Assembly (NCBI GenBank): GCA_012026655.1 | Contig: JAAILG010000314.1 | Coordinates: forward strand, 1 to 64,000 | Direction of reading: 5' to 3' | DNA length: 64,000 nucleotides | Origin: Hydrolagus affinis | Taxonomy: Eukaryota | Part shown: piece after piece, positions 25,678 to 38,947 of the stretch | Numbering within the stretch: position 1 is the first letter of the stretch | How the letters are laid out: every line of letters begins with the position of its first letter | Made by a program: the position numbers and the translations under genes | Notes under the pieces: generated by a model | Told to the model about the DNA's origin: nothing | Database searches by the model: none | Seen by the model: only the letters and a program-made list of their open reading frames with translations

Positions 25678-26155
25678 CAGCATATTGGCTGGTAATCAAC
25701 AATAAAATCTTTGAATAAAATAAACCTAATCTTTTGCATTCTGTGCTCATAGATCAGGTGTATTATGTGAAATACATGTATAATGTAATAATATGGTGAA
25801 TTTGAGTTACGACTGAAATATCATTGGTGATAATCATGACACCACATATTAAATTTCCTCCCCAATATGTACATGCCACTGTTAATTAGACTATCCAGGG
25901 AACATTCTGTTTCAATTGGATCCATTAAACTGGCATTTCCATAATAATACACACTGCCTTGTTGATATTTGAATCAGTTAGTTTTTTTTTGTACTTCTGC
26001 TCAAAAGACTAGCTGCAGGGGGAAGTTGTGACTCTCATATTTTTAATGCTGCAATCAAATAATCAGTTACAACTATAAAATGCAGTAATCACACTAAACA
26101 AAGGAGGCCACATGCAGAAAGCTTTGACTTTCCCACTGGGGATTGATCAGATCCT

Positions 26156-26171
26156 GTGTGTGTGTGTGTGT
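26156..26171. repeat. (TG)n microsatellite preceding an L2 3'UTR fragment (~26172-26298)
   Basis: tgtgtgtgtgtgtgtg followed by a C-rich UTR and gtaattttg(ttg)n. Confidence 0.85.
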
Positions 26172-26954
26172 CCCCACTCTTCGACGGTCCCATCGGTCAC
26201 ACACCCTCCCCACCTTTCCCTTCACCCTCCCCGATCCCAACCCCAGCTCGGGTCTGTAACCCTGACTGTCCGGTGACGTGTAATTTTGTTGTTGTTGTGG
26301 ATGTGTATGTGTAGGGGGAGCCCAGGGAGTGAGATTGCTCATTCTGCGCACTGTCAGAATCAAGCACATTACTAACAAGTATAACAAAGATCAGATGCCA
26401 ATGAATCCCCTTTAGAGAGTATCTTGCTCATTACACCCATTACTTCAGCAGTACGTCACTGTCAGTCTGCTGCTGAACAACTGTCTTTAGAACATATTAC
26501 TGTGACCCACATTTAATTTTAGACAGCAGAGGTGACAAATCTTAATTATTATTAGCCAAAGTGAGTTCTTCAGGAATTTAGTTGTCATTTTAATACAAGC
26601 CACCAATTTTTTTTTGTTAGCATTTCAGAGTCAATAAACCCATCCAATAATTAAACACAATAATCAGGGACAATATTGTAGCATTGGAGAGTGCAGCCTA
26701 CGTTATCTAGGATGTTATCAGTGGATGAGTAGATACAGCTAGCAAGAAAGATTGGACAAGCTATAGCTTTTCTTCACAGACAGGAGATGACAACAGTGGG
26801 GTGGGTGGTGAGATCTGATAGAGATATAAAATAGTTCAATAAGATGAATCTTACTCGCCTGTTTCCACTTGAAATCGATCTGCTGGGGAAACAGGGAGCC
26901 AATGGTGCCTGAACAAGTGAAGTTCAGTGCAGTTATGGATGTGACGGGTCACAT

Positions 26955-27147
26955 GTGGGGTCCTATAGCTCATGGTTGGAGCACTCACCCCGCAAGTGAG
27001 AGGACCTGGGTTCGATTCCTGGACAGGGTGAAATGTTGGGCAAGTTTCCTTACTCCACCTGCCTCTGCTTCCCTCATAGTAAATAGAAACACGGTTGTTA
27101 GTCGATCGGCAGATCGCTCTTCCGGGGGGTAATAATCCCATCAAAAA

Positions 27148-27184
<37 letters not shown>

Positions 27185-27185
27185 G

Positions 27186-27226
<41 letters not shown>

Positions 27227-27403
27227 TGGGTTATTTTCAATCCGCATCTGTTTGTGGCACACTGCTGTGTGTAATCGGCTGCCACGTTTCGCCCACGAAA
27301 TATACATTCCATTCACTTTACAGCATATTCTGTGAAGCGCATGGAAACATCTCGAAGACGTGATAAGGCGCTATACCAAATGCAAGGATTATGATTCTTA
27401 TTA
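26955..27403 (+). mobile_element. Long-variant tRNA SINE containing a (TAAC)n expansion
   Basis: Carries an extra ~70-bp segment (gcctctgct...gttgttagtcgatcggcagatcgc) absent from short copies. Confidence 0.88.
27148..27225. repeat. (TAAC)n tetranucleotide microsatellite, ~19 units, one interruption
   Basis: taactaactaac...actgactaac... read directly. Confidence 0.97.
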
Positions 27404-28627
27404 TTAGTTTGTATGTGCTGGGGCTTGTGGACGGTAGAGCTGGGGCAATGTTCTGCTCCACTCCTGCCTCTGAAAGTTTCCTTGCAAACTCCGGTCAGGT
27501 GAAAACTCCTGATAAAGCGAGAAGAATTTTGTGGAGGAATTTCTGTGTATATATATATATTTTTTAAAGCCAACAGCGTTATTACTGCCCCTTTGATATT
27601 TCTTGTACTTTGCAATGGAAAGCCGATTAAAATGCTGCGCGGCTGCGGAATTGAACATTTCTCCACACCTTCCCCGAGGGATTAGCATGACTTGGCAGCC
27701 CGGTGACAGGCGTCTCAGAAATAATATTTTGTTGCTGGTTACTGCCTTCATGCTTTCTTTCCTGACAGAAATGCCGACGCAGGTAACGTTGGCCTCTAAT
27801 ATGTTTTGCACAGAAGCGTCCAATGGATATTCCACACCAAAGCTAATTCAGCTTGGCTCAGTTGGTACTGCTGCTCATCTATCTCCTCCACTGCTATCCC
27901 CTCATGACCCACCCCCGCCACCCCACCACCTATTCCCCCCTATGCACATTCAACCCTATCCCTCCCTCCACCCTGACCTCCATCATCTCCAAAATGAAGC
28001 CCATAAGAGGTGGATTCAATGACAGCAGGAATCAGCCAGGTAAGGCACTGGAGTAAGACGAACCATGTGTGATAACGTAGAATAACTCAGAGTCAGTTTT
28101 TCAACTTTCCCTACCTTCAAGCATAGTGGACGAACATGCATAATAAGACATTCACAACCTAATGGGATTCACAACGCTTTTAAAAAATATATTAGAAATA
28201 ATTATTGTGATAAAACCAATTACTCTTTCATGAATTGGCAGGGTGCTTCAGTCCCCAAACATAAATCTTGTCAATGTTATTGTATCATTCAGTGCCTTGC
28301 GATGGAAAGATTTTTCTCAAATACTTTGGTGAAAAATTTATGGCTGCGTTTCAAATCGTACAATCAAAATTATGGACTACATTAATATGCAGATGATGAA
28401 AGAACAGTTCGCACAGTAGAAAAAGAGTGATTGATAGTTTCAGATATGAAAATTTAACAACAACTCGCATTTATATGGCACCTCTCACGCAGGGAAGTGT
28501 CCCAGAGTGTTTGATTTAGATACAAGTTTTTCTGGGGACATGTGCAGTACTCCACAATGCTGATGCCAGACTATTAGCCTAGCCTGTCGGGAGGCTGTGA
28601 TTGGGAAAACCAGTCACTGGGAGCAGA

Positions 28628-28905
28628 ACATACATAAGAATAAGGAGCAGGAGTAGGCCATTTGACACCTCAAGTTTACCCCGCCATTCAATAAGATCAT
28701 GCCTGATCTTCTAATCTAACTCCACTTTATCCCCATATCCCTTAATCCCTTTATCCATAAGAAATCCATCAATCTCAGTCCAAGTACTGAGCATCTACAG
28801 CTTTTTGGGGTAGAGAATTCCATAAATTCACTACCCTCTGAGTGAAGAAGTGTCTCCTCAACTCTTGGCTGACCCCCAAATCTTAAAACTGAGTTATAGT
28901 TTCCC
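28628..28905 (-). mobile_element. CR1 3' fragment
   Basis: acataagaataaggagcaggagtaggccatt...agaattccataaattcactaccctctgagtgaagaa. Confidence 0.85.
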
Positions 28906-29142
28906 CACACATCTGGCCCATCAAAATTTAATAAAATTTGGTGTTGAACTCAGTCAGAATTTGGTTCCATGACCTTGACTGCGATTGAAGACAACAAAGA
29001 CAGTGATGCTTAGAAAGTTTCAGCCAACGTCGGGTAAACCACTGTATCTAACTTGGAGGTGGAGGTGGAGTGGTGTGTTTACAAACTGTTGATAATTAAG
29101 ACAAATTTGGATTGCACTTGATAATTAGCTCCAGTGCTAACG

Positions 29143-29348
29143 CATGATAATAATCCCTTAAAAAAAAAAAAAAATTGGTCTTTCAATCAACGACTGCTTG
29201 TGGGACACCGCTGTGTGCAATTGGTTGCCGTGTTTCGCCCACAAATATACAATCAATCCACTTTATCACAGTCTATTCTGTGAAGCGCTTTGAGACGTCT
29301 AGAAGACGTGAAAAGCGCTATATCAAATGCAAGGATTATTATTATTAT
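29143..29348 (+). mobile_element. 5'-truncated SINE
   Basis: Near-consensus body and tail gtgaagcgctttgagacgtctagaagacgtgaaaagcgctatatcaaatgcaaggattatt. Confidence 0.88.
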
Positions 29349-32159
29349 TTTGATAATTATCACTGCATTTCATCTCTGAATTCAGCTCCTTCAAAAAACT
29401 TCCAACAAAACAAATACTCTTCAGTATTGATTCATTTACTCAGTGAGGCACAATGCAAACACAGTAGCTGAGCGGTACCAGGGTAGCAGGTGTAAAACTC
29501 ACACTTGAATGATGCCAAATTGCGTTTAGCAACAAATGTAAGGGAGATGGAACAATAATAAGACTCCTGAATATCAGAGGTAACAGCATTTGATATCACC
29601 TGTCATAACAACCTTCATTATATAACGTGTGCAATAGGCAGCAACTAGAACTTGGAAACGGCTAAAACAGTGAATTTGATTCCCAAAGATATCTGCTGTC
29701 AGTCTTGTCAAACAGAAACTTTCAGATGTCATTGTTCGCTCCTTGTTAAAAAGTGTGCAGGATTCTGCAGAAGAGAACTTCAAAGTGCTGGGCAGGTAGA
29801 AGATCCTGAGCGTTCAACTGACTGCGAGCACTGGAGTAACTAATTGGACACTCGATGCTTTGAAGGAATATTCTCTAATGTGAAGAGAAGTACTGATTTA
29901 AAGATCTGCTGCAATTTGTAAATAACTGGAGAGGGATTTTCCTCCCGTTAATCATTAAGGCTATTAAGAAAGATATCGGGCAGCAAATCTGGTCAATTAG
30001 CATGCATGGAATAAGTCTCACTTTTCTGTAAAGGGGCAGGTCCTGTCCACAGTTTAAGAGATTAACCTAATGCAGTACTCAGAAGACAGAGTTAACAACC
30101 TGATCATCAGTAGTTTAAAAAATGTCATTAATGGTGCATATTTTTAATCATTTAGGTAAGTGACACCTAAAGAAATCCATCACCTTAAGTGAGAATATCC
30201 AAACCAAACAGAGTTCCTTGCATACCAGCTACACATGGAAAATTCCCCAAGTCTGGAATAGAATAGTGTATATGAAAGTCATTGACACATGAGGAAAATA
30301 CAATACTTGTCTTCTGTTTAAGTTAGAGGTCTTCAGCGTTATGAAGTAGCAGTGTGATTTCTGGCAGCTATTTAAGTCGGGCTCCGCCACAAAGTGCTCT
30401 GAAACGCTAGTCTGCAATTTGCTGCTGTCGTTGTTAACTATTTAACCTCCCCTTCTCTCCTACCTAACCTGATGTAATTTTATTGTTGTTGATGGAGAAA
30501 GAAGGGACGAGAATCAAAGGAATGGAAGATGACAGAGTAGGGTGTGCTGGAGGATAAAGCCAAGTACTGTAGATGAAAGATCTTCATCAACCATATCCCT
30601 TTTGTGATCCATCTTGTGAATGAAGGCATTGTAGACCATTCAGTAGTTGGAATGAAGGTAGTCTTTTAGAGAGATGTAGTGGTAATGTGTGGATAATCAA
30701 TTCACCTGCAGAACAAGGATTCTAGTGCCCTTAAAATAAAAGAATGACCTTGTCTCCTTTTTAGGGCTCTCAGATGATTCACATTAATAACTAGAGGCCA
30801 AGTTGCTTTCTGGTGTTAAAGTATATTAGCACTTGCATTTGTTACATGCCTTATCGCATAAAAACATTAACAACAGCAAAATTAGCCTTTTATAGCACTT
30901 TTCACGCCCAGCGGACGTCCCACGGCAATGGACTGTTATTATTTCATTCAAGGTGCTTCATATAATGAGTTACCTTTGAAGTGTAGGGACTGTTGCTGTG
31001 TAGGGTATCAATCTAAAGTCGACGTATATAAATCTACACTCTATAATTTACTAGATCAATAAGACAAAATCCCCTCTGATTTATCTAGAGCTGAGCGTAT
31101 ACTTGGGAGAAAGCTGTTAAGCAAACAACAGGCAACGTACTGGGGAACATAAATTCAATTCCCCTTTAAGAAAAAGATAGGTTTCCCTTTAATTAATGTG
31201 ATTACATTTCATTATGTTTTTCCATGTAAAGGATGATTCGCCCTGAGTGCATTACACCTGCGGGTGAATATCACCATAGATCCATCACGCCATCAGCATG
31301 CCAGTCTCTAGTGACATCTATTTTCGAACAAACAAATCCTGTGGCACTCTGCCATGTTTTTGTGCAAACAATGTTTTCCCCATCGCTGGCCTCTCTACAC
31401 AGGATTTATCTCAGGTGTCATTGTTGCTGTGGTTGAAAACAGAGCCTGTAAATGTTTTTTCAAAAAGAATTAAGGCCTGAAATTCCACTTAATGATAAGA
31501 ATAATCTCTGCGTTTGATACAGCACTTTGTCACGTCTTCGAGGCGTCTCAATGCGATTCACAGAATATACTGTAAAGTGAATTGACTGTATTTTGTGGGT
31601 GCGTAGGTGCTTTCCTGTTAGTAACAGGGATGTGGACAACTTGACACAATTCCTATTTCATGTGGATGAGAATCAGACTCAGAGGTCAGTGAGATCAAAC
31701 CTGCAAACAACCATTTCCATGCTACAGGAAGCCAATCCTCCAACCTGCTGTGAAAGTTCAAAGAAAACTCGTTTGGCAGTTCGACCCAATCCTAATTCTC
31801 TGAAAGGGTTCAAATCGAATCAATAGAATATTGATTCTGAACCATTGCTGCCATTTGGTCATGTTCAGTGGCTGTGAAAGTGGAGTTATTCTGGTAGTCA
31901 AACAAAACCACTGTGGTGCCAATCCAGCATCATCCTTGGCTGCAAAAGGTATGGAACACGCTTTCACTTCGGCAATCACATTAATGTTTGATTGTAACAA
32001 CACAGCATTGCTGGGAGACGAGAATGTGATTAATGTCTCGAGTGCACACCTCATAAGTTTCCATTATTTGGACTATTAACATACTCCAGCCTTTCTTTGA
32101 CATATAGGAAAAGAGGTAGTAAATCCAGATTAACCTGAACCGTTCGGATTACTTTGACT

Positions 32160-32292
32160 TGATTGGCTGCTGCGTTTCGCCCACACCAAATAATAGTCAA
32201 TTCAATGTACAGTATATTCTGTGAAGCGCTTTGAGACGACTGGAAGATGTGAAAAGCGCTATATCCAATGCAAGTATTATTATTATTACTAT
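32160..32292 (+). mobile_element. 5'-truncated SINE
   Basis: attggctgctgcgtttcgcccac...gtgaaaagcgctatatc. Confidence 0.8.
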
Positions 32293-32447
32293 TTATTCAG
32301 ATCAGAGAGAAGCTCAATTCTGAGCATAATATATACTACTGAGCTGCAATGAAGGAGTGCGATTGAGGCAAAATCAATTGGGGGCATTTCAAATAAACAT
32401 AGATAAATACTTGGGAAGGAAGGTTAATAAGGAGTTTAGAGAAAGAC

Positions 32448-32865
32448 AAACAACAACAACCATAACAACAGCAACAACATTATACTTGTATAGCGCCTTT
32501 CACGTCCGGAGAACGTCCCAAGGCACTGGGAAGTCATTGTTTCAGACCCGAGCTGGGGTTTGGGACGGGGAGGGTGGAGGGAAAGGGAGGGAAAGGGAGG
32601 GATTTATATAACTTGCATTATATAATGCTCTCCACCCCAGGTGGCTTCTCAGAGTGCTTAACAGTGGCGGAGACCGAGGCTGAGCCAAGGGGAGGAGAAA
32701 AGTGACCGTAAGCGTGGTAGAAGAGGAAGGTCTTCAGGGGCAAGTTAAAGATGAGGAAGAAGAGGGGGGGAGGGAGGGGGGGGGCAAGGTGAAGGGGTTA
32801 TAGGAGGGAGTTCCAAAGTTTGAGGGAGTAGTGGCTGAAAGCGTGGCCGCCGATGATGAAGCGGA
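32448..32865 (-). mobile_element. Two adjacent L2 3' ends (families B and A-like)
   Basis: Two tails at ~32450 and ~32610, each followed by a G-rich UTR. Confidence 0.75.
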
Positions 32866-33611
32866 AGATTCGAGTCACAAGGATGAGGCCGGAAAAGAAG
32901 AAATAGGATCCAAATATCTAATAAATTGAAGAAACACACTCAGGCTGAACAGCCTCCTCTGGCCACTGCATCTGTAGTGAAGGAAGCTTTTACGTGCACT
33001 TTATCTTATGCTTCCGCTCGAATGAGATGGACGGGAGGTACAATGAGAGGCAAAATTCTCTGTAACAAGGTCTCAGCCATCTTTTACAGTCATTATGTCC
33101 AGATTTCTGGTGTTGTTTGTGATACTGGGTGACGCAGCCCAATTATTCCCATTCATGTTAGATCGGGAACCAGGACAAGATGTTCAGATGCTGGGCTAGG
33201 TTATTGGCTTCCCTAAACTCCCACTTGTGCAATTGTGAAACTTTTTACAGAGCTGATTAATGTCAAGCACAAAATCACTGCAGCTGCGCCCATCAGTTTA
33301 TGGCTTGCTGCATCTGTTATAGTTTGGGGGTCAATATAAATTAGACATTTATAATTTCATATATACATATATGACAACCTGCTGGATTTCCGCCATTGCT
33401 TGGAAGCTTTGTCTAGATTTTTATTCCACTTGGCACTTGAAAAGAACCCTGACTAATGCAACAGGAACATCGAGCACATCTATGCCCAGATCACATTGGT
33501 TGGTATTTTATTTAACAATGCAAGATCTTAAGTCAATATTAGTCATTTTGCCATATAATGTACCACACTCGTGGGGACGCAACCAGTTGTGAACTCACTT
33601 CAACGGTGTAA

Positions 33612-33820
33612 TTCCCACACCAGCATTGGCCAAGCCTTCCTCACTCCCTACCTTGCCTCCTTCAAGACCTCCTCAATACTCTCCACTTTAACCTTCCCTT
33701 CGGTCACCCTCTTACCCTTACCCCATCCGCCTTCCACCTCTCTTGATCCCAACCCCCAGCTCGAGTGTGGATCCCTGACATGAAAGGTGCTTTACAAATG
33801 TAATTTGTTGTTGTTGTTGT
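33612..33820 (+). mobile_element. L2 3' end (family B)
   Basis: ccttgcctccttcaagacc...gacatgaaaggtgctttacaaatgtaatttg(ttg)n. Confidence 0.8.
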
Positions 33821-33911
33821 CTTCAGCCTTATGAACTTGATTTCTAAGATTCTCCCCACATCCCCATACATTGTTCCTGCTCACTCTGCTTTCAAAGCTT
33901 TCTTTAAAATA

Positions 33912-34394
33912 CACTAGGTTAGTACCTGGAATGAGGGGGATAAGTTATGATGATACGTTGATTAATTTGAGTCTATATTCTCTGGAATATAGAAGAATTA
34001 GAGGGGATCTCATAGAAAGAAACCTATAAGATTATTAAGGGGCACGACAAAGTAGATAGTGGGAGATTGTTTCCCCTGGTTGGAGAAACTAAAACCAGGG
34101 GTCACAGTCTTAAAGTTAGGGGTCAGCTCTTTTGCACTGAGTTGAGAAAAAACTTCTTCACTCAGAGGGTAGTGAATGTATGGAATTCTTTACCCCAAAG
34201 GGCTGTTGATGCTCAGTCCTTGAACATATTCAAGACTGGGATAGATAGATTTCTCATTCATAAAGGGATTAAGGGGGATAAGGCAGGTAGCTGGAGTTAG
34301 AATGGAATATCAACCATGATTGAATGGTGGGGCAGGCTCGATGGGCCGAATGGCCTACTCCTGTTCCTACTTCTTATGTTCTTATGTTCTTATG
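33912..34394 (+). mobile_element. CR1 LINE 3' end
   Basis: ORF2 C-terminus FPLVGETKTRGHSLKVRG...FFTQRVVNVWNSLPQRAV, 3'UTR gggccgaatggcctactcctg, (TTCTTATG)n tail. Confidence 0.92.
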
Positions 34395-34780
34395 GCGTAC
34401 GGCTTTAGATTCTCCTTCCTCTTCTCCTGGCTCCCTCACAACACTACAATCACTTTGAGTTGTTCATTTTATCGTGCATTAAAGTTGTTGGAGTTGTAAA
34501 TAGCTGTGATTTTGTCTCTAGCAATCAAATAAGCAATGTTTCAGAACCTTCTCCAGGTTGCGTGGGTGACGCAACAGAAACTTCAAGTGAGAGTTCAAGC
34601 TTTGTACTATCAGAGGTATCCACAGCATCTGTCTATTTCCACAATTCCATCCCTTCTTTCTTTAAATCCTCCAGGTCTCACAGCTGAGAAACTTCTGAAC
34701 TGGTCATTCCTTCTTAATCCTTGGAAATCAACCATTCAATAAGTCTTTGGAAAAGCTTCCCTCCATTAGCACTAAATATT

Positions 34781-35010
34781 TAATAATAATAATAATGATC
34801 CCTCCCAAAAAAAGCCACAATAATAAAATTGGTCATTTCAATCACGACTGTTTGTGGGACACTTCTGTGCGCAATTGGCTGCTGCGTTTCGCCCACAAAT
34901 ATACAGTCAATTCATTTTACAGTATAATCTGTGAAGCACTTTGAGACATCTGTTTAAAAGACGTGAAAAGCGCTATATCAAATGCCAGGATTATTATTAT
35001 TATTATTATT
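34781..35010 (+). mobile_element. 5'-truncated SINE
   Basis: Linker, body and (TTA)n tail. Confidence 0.88.
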
Positions 35011-35699
35011 AACCAGGATTCAAAACTGTTCCGAATTTACCTTGTAACCATCTAATTTCCTTATCTCCTGCATTGGCTATGCCTGATGACCATCTGTTAA
35101 TCAATGAATGTCTTTGTCCTGGAAACCGACATTGAACCGTGAAAACCAAGATCTCTCTGATTCACCCAGAAAATACTCAGCTGGAATCTTCTGACATGAC
35201 AACATGTGACATATTGCTGTCGTTAAACAAATAAATAGCTGATCGCAGTTCTGCCACAAAAAGCTGCCTCTAGGTATCTCCGGTGCTTACTTTAGGGCCT
35301 CTCTCTCACAAGGGGTTGCATAACAAAGTTAGAAACTGAACGATATAAAGACAGATTAATGTGTTCTCCAACAAACAGTTTTAAATAAAATGCTGAGGTG
35401 AACTGTCACCATTGTCTGACACATGATCCGGTTATCTGTTAATGACAGGTTAGTCAGTCTCCATGCATCTCAACTACTCTTGCTGCTCTGGTGACCTGTG
35501 CCACATTGACGCTGCATATTAGCGTCAATTTCGACGCTAGCGTCAATTTTGAGTTCCTCCCCTAGATGTTCTCGCATCAGTCTCGTTTTAGTAGCCTTCG
35601 ATATCCTTCCCAGCCCCATTTTGACTTTGAATCAAAGCCATTGGCGACTGCTACCTATGCCTTTTACTCCGGACAATTTCAATGATTAAAATCAGCTGG

Positions 35700-35965
35700 T
35701 CATTGGTGGTTGGGCAATCAGCATCTCTGCCTCCAGACTCTGGAACTCTATCCTGCCATGTCTCTGCTCTAACCCTCTCTTGTCTCCTTCAAATCCCGTC
35801 TGAAGACCTTCCTCTTCCTTCAGCCACCCTCCCACCACCCTGCCCTCCACCCCTCCTGATCCAAATTCCCAACTTGGGTCCAAAACCCCTGACTGTCCAG
35901 TGCCCTGTGAAGTCTTTCTGACATGGAGGGTGCTATACAAGTGTAATTTGTTGTTGTTATTGTTG
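35700..35965 (+). mobile_element. L2 3' end
   Basis: ctctggaactctatc...ctgaagaccttcctctt...gtgctatacaagtgtaatttgttgttg. Confidence 0.8.
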
Positions 35966-38947
35966 CCAGCCACAGTCCAGGCCTCTGCTTCTCTGCACAC
36001 ATGTAGAAGTAACACTGCTCTTGATCCAAAGAGTTCAACTATTGCTGCCAATGGACATGGATAGAATTTTGCCTATGAAAGCACTTGCATCTTCTTTTGT
36101 CAGCAAAACCGCGGCCATCAGTGGCAGCAAGACTCCACACATAGTTGTGGGGGAATGACCAATTAATCCGGAGATTTGTTTGTCCAGTTCCCAAACCAGG
36201 AAATGAGCATCCAAACTTCCTGTGCAAATGTCAAACTGGCAGAGAATTCGCATTGCGCATCTTGTCATCTCAAATCCAACCTATTAAAGTCACAGTATCT
36301 GTGCATGCACAGAACCCTCCCACCGTGCTCCAGACAAAGATACCTGTTGTTCTTTGTGCAGCAGGGAGTGGCAATGCAGCATTAGAATTAATTACAATTC
36401 AGCAGCTTCACATAATAACCTTCCAAGTATCCAATAACAGCAGTACCTCTATCTAACACATATTGGCCGCCATTATACTGCAACCACACACAGGGCTTGA
36501 TGGGCTTTGATCACAGGCTAAGGGATCGTGTTAAATGGTCAGCAGTCTGCATGCCTGCGTAATTAGCTACTTATTAATCAATCTAGCTCTGTGGCCTTAA
36601 ATGTCTTCACATTGAGATGCAGGTTAGTATTTTAGCGATATGAAGTTAGGCATGTCAGGACGGAGAAAGTTATTTCTTCTTTGCTTCTCGGTCACAAGGA
36701 CCCACAGCGAATGCTGTTTTGCTGCACGTCGAGTGATGTAAATTGAAGCGCAGAAGAAAGCGGGCTGCCAAGTGAAGGGGATTTAGAGAGTGGGCGTGGG
36801 CACGATGCCTAGCGTAGGCTAACAAATGAGCAGCAGTGGGCAGAGAGATATGCGATCCTTCAGGTTGCTTGATGGCATTCACCTGGACACCATCAAGGAA
36901 GCTGTCACATTTCAGTGCGCACCTCATGAAATGGAAGAATAACTTCATTCCTGATCCCGTCAGAAGCTTTTGGTTGCAGCCAGGCTCCTTGGTTGCTTTC
37001 CACATCAGGCTAAGCAGTGATCCTTTGAGTAATGTGCACAGATTCATATAAACCCTCTCCATATGGCATGGGCATTATATCTTGTCAGTTAATAAACCAG
37101 CGTTTTGAGAGAGAGCATCATTTTTGCTTTGTTCTTTTATTACCTTTTGATTTCTGTAAAGCAATTAATTCATCTTCGCCAGCTCGTGGAGAAGGATTAG
37201 CCCATATTTTTAAGAGTAATTAAGTTTTTCATAGCACCATGTTATTTAGAACTTGTACATTTCATCATTTCAATAATGAGGCAGATTAGGACTCTTTAAG
37301 GATTTCGATTATGATGGTTTTAATGAGGAAGCCGGAATTATACACAACATATCAGCGCACTGTGAAGAATGAGATTGGGGTTATAACTAATAATGAATTC
37401 ATATTTTTATAATAATGCCTGCATTTGATAAAATGCCTTATCATATCTCTGTCATGCCTCGAAACCCTTCACAGGATTATTTTATTATTATTTTTTATTG
37501 GAGTGACTGTGTGTTTGTAGGAAAATGTAGTAAAAAAACAATTTGCAAACAGCAATTTCCCACAAACAGTCATGAGGTGAATTGCCAATTGTATCTGGGG
37601 AATTGTTGGCCAGGAGACTGGGAGAAACTCTCTCATTAAGTGTACCTTTTATACTTAACAAACCACATATTGTGTTCTGCTTTAAAATAGGATACGCTTA
37701 TTAAAAGACATTGGCAGCAGCAAGAAGTTAATTTATAATGCAGAGGGTCATGTAAAGGAAACGTCTCGAATCATTTAGCAGAATGAGGTTAATTAGAAAT
37801 AGAGTGAATGTTGTTATGTAGGCGAACAGTTGTTAATTTGTGCTAGCAACGTCCTGTAACAAACAAGAAGAGACAATTCACCTGTATCACGAGTAGCTAA
37901 TTGCATTGCATTTAAAATAATAACAATAATAATCCTTGCATTTGATTCAGCTTTGGGAGAATGTTTCACAGTGCTTCAAAGAATTGACTGAAAAGTGTAG
38001 TGACTGAATTTTATAACAGCACACGGAGTAAGTTAGCATTGGACGTCAGCAATGTATGTTACACAAGTCGACATTAGCTTGTGGCTCGGAGGGCATTTTA
38101 GAACCAGCTCTTTCACTGCAGTTTGATTCTCAACAGAATTCTCTTCAGAAGCTCTTTGAAGACCTAGGCCACAGTTCATATTCCTGCCAGCTTTGCCTCA
38201 CACCTCGTGATGTTTCAAACGGAGATGGTTGAAAAGGAGCTGCCGTGTAACATCAGAGAGACACTTCCTCTGTGACTGTGACCAACGCATTAGGGGTACA
38301 TTGATGAAAATCAGCAAGAGAAAAAAGCAGACAGAGATAGCTCTGAACTGTGTGACATTCAAGATCCCATCGATAATTACAATAGAGAGCACCTGCACTG
38401 ACTGGGGGCATTGTGGATTTAGAGACTGAGGAATAAGGATCATCAGGTAAAATAAAAATGATCTATAGCAAGAGTTAAAAGGTTCTGACTTCAGATTTAT
38501 ACTGCAGTGTAGTACTGCACCATTCCTTCTTTTTCCCTGCCTTCCTCTCTTTAAGACTCTCTCTACCTGTCTAAATCAATCTCTCTTTATTTTAGAGTCC
38601 CAGAGTTGCACTCTCTCTCTGTCTGCACATTTTACTCCTGCCTCTCCATCTGAGTCTCTCGCTCTCACACACACAGTTTCTCCTCTAACTTGAGATGGAA
38701 AGGCAAATTATCCCAGTGTGTTAGCCCAAAATACCTCAGATTAATTGATTATTCACAGCATGATAGTTTGTGGTAGATTGCTGGTGAAAATAACTGCCGG
38801 GTACCTTTCTTACTTTATTAAACTTATGCCGTCACCCAATTAAAGATGGGAATGGGAGCGGATACATTATTTCAAGGAAGCAACAGCCTGACCAGTAATG
38901 ATGGGTTTGCCCATGAGATTTGAATACTCAAGCAAAATGGAAATATT

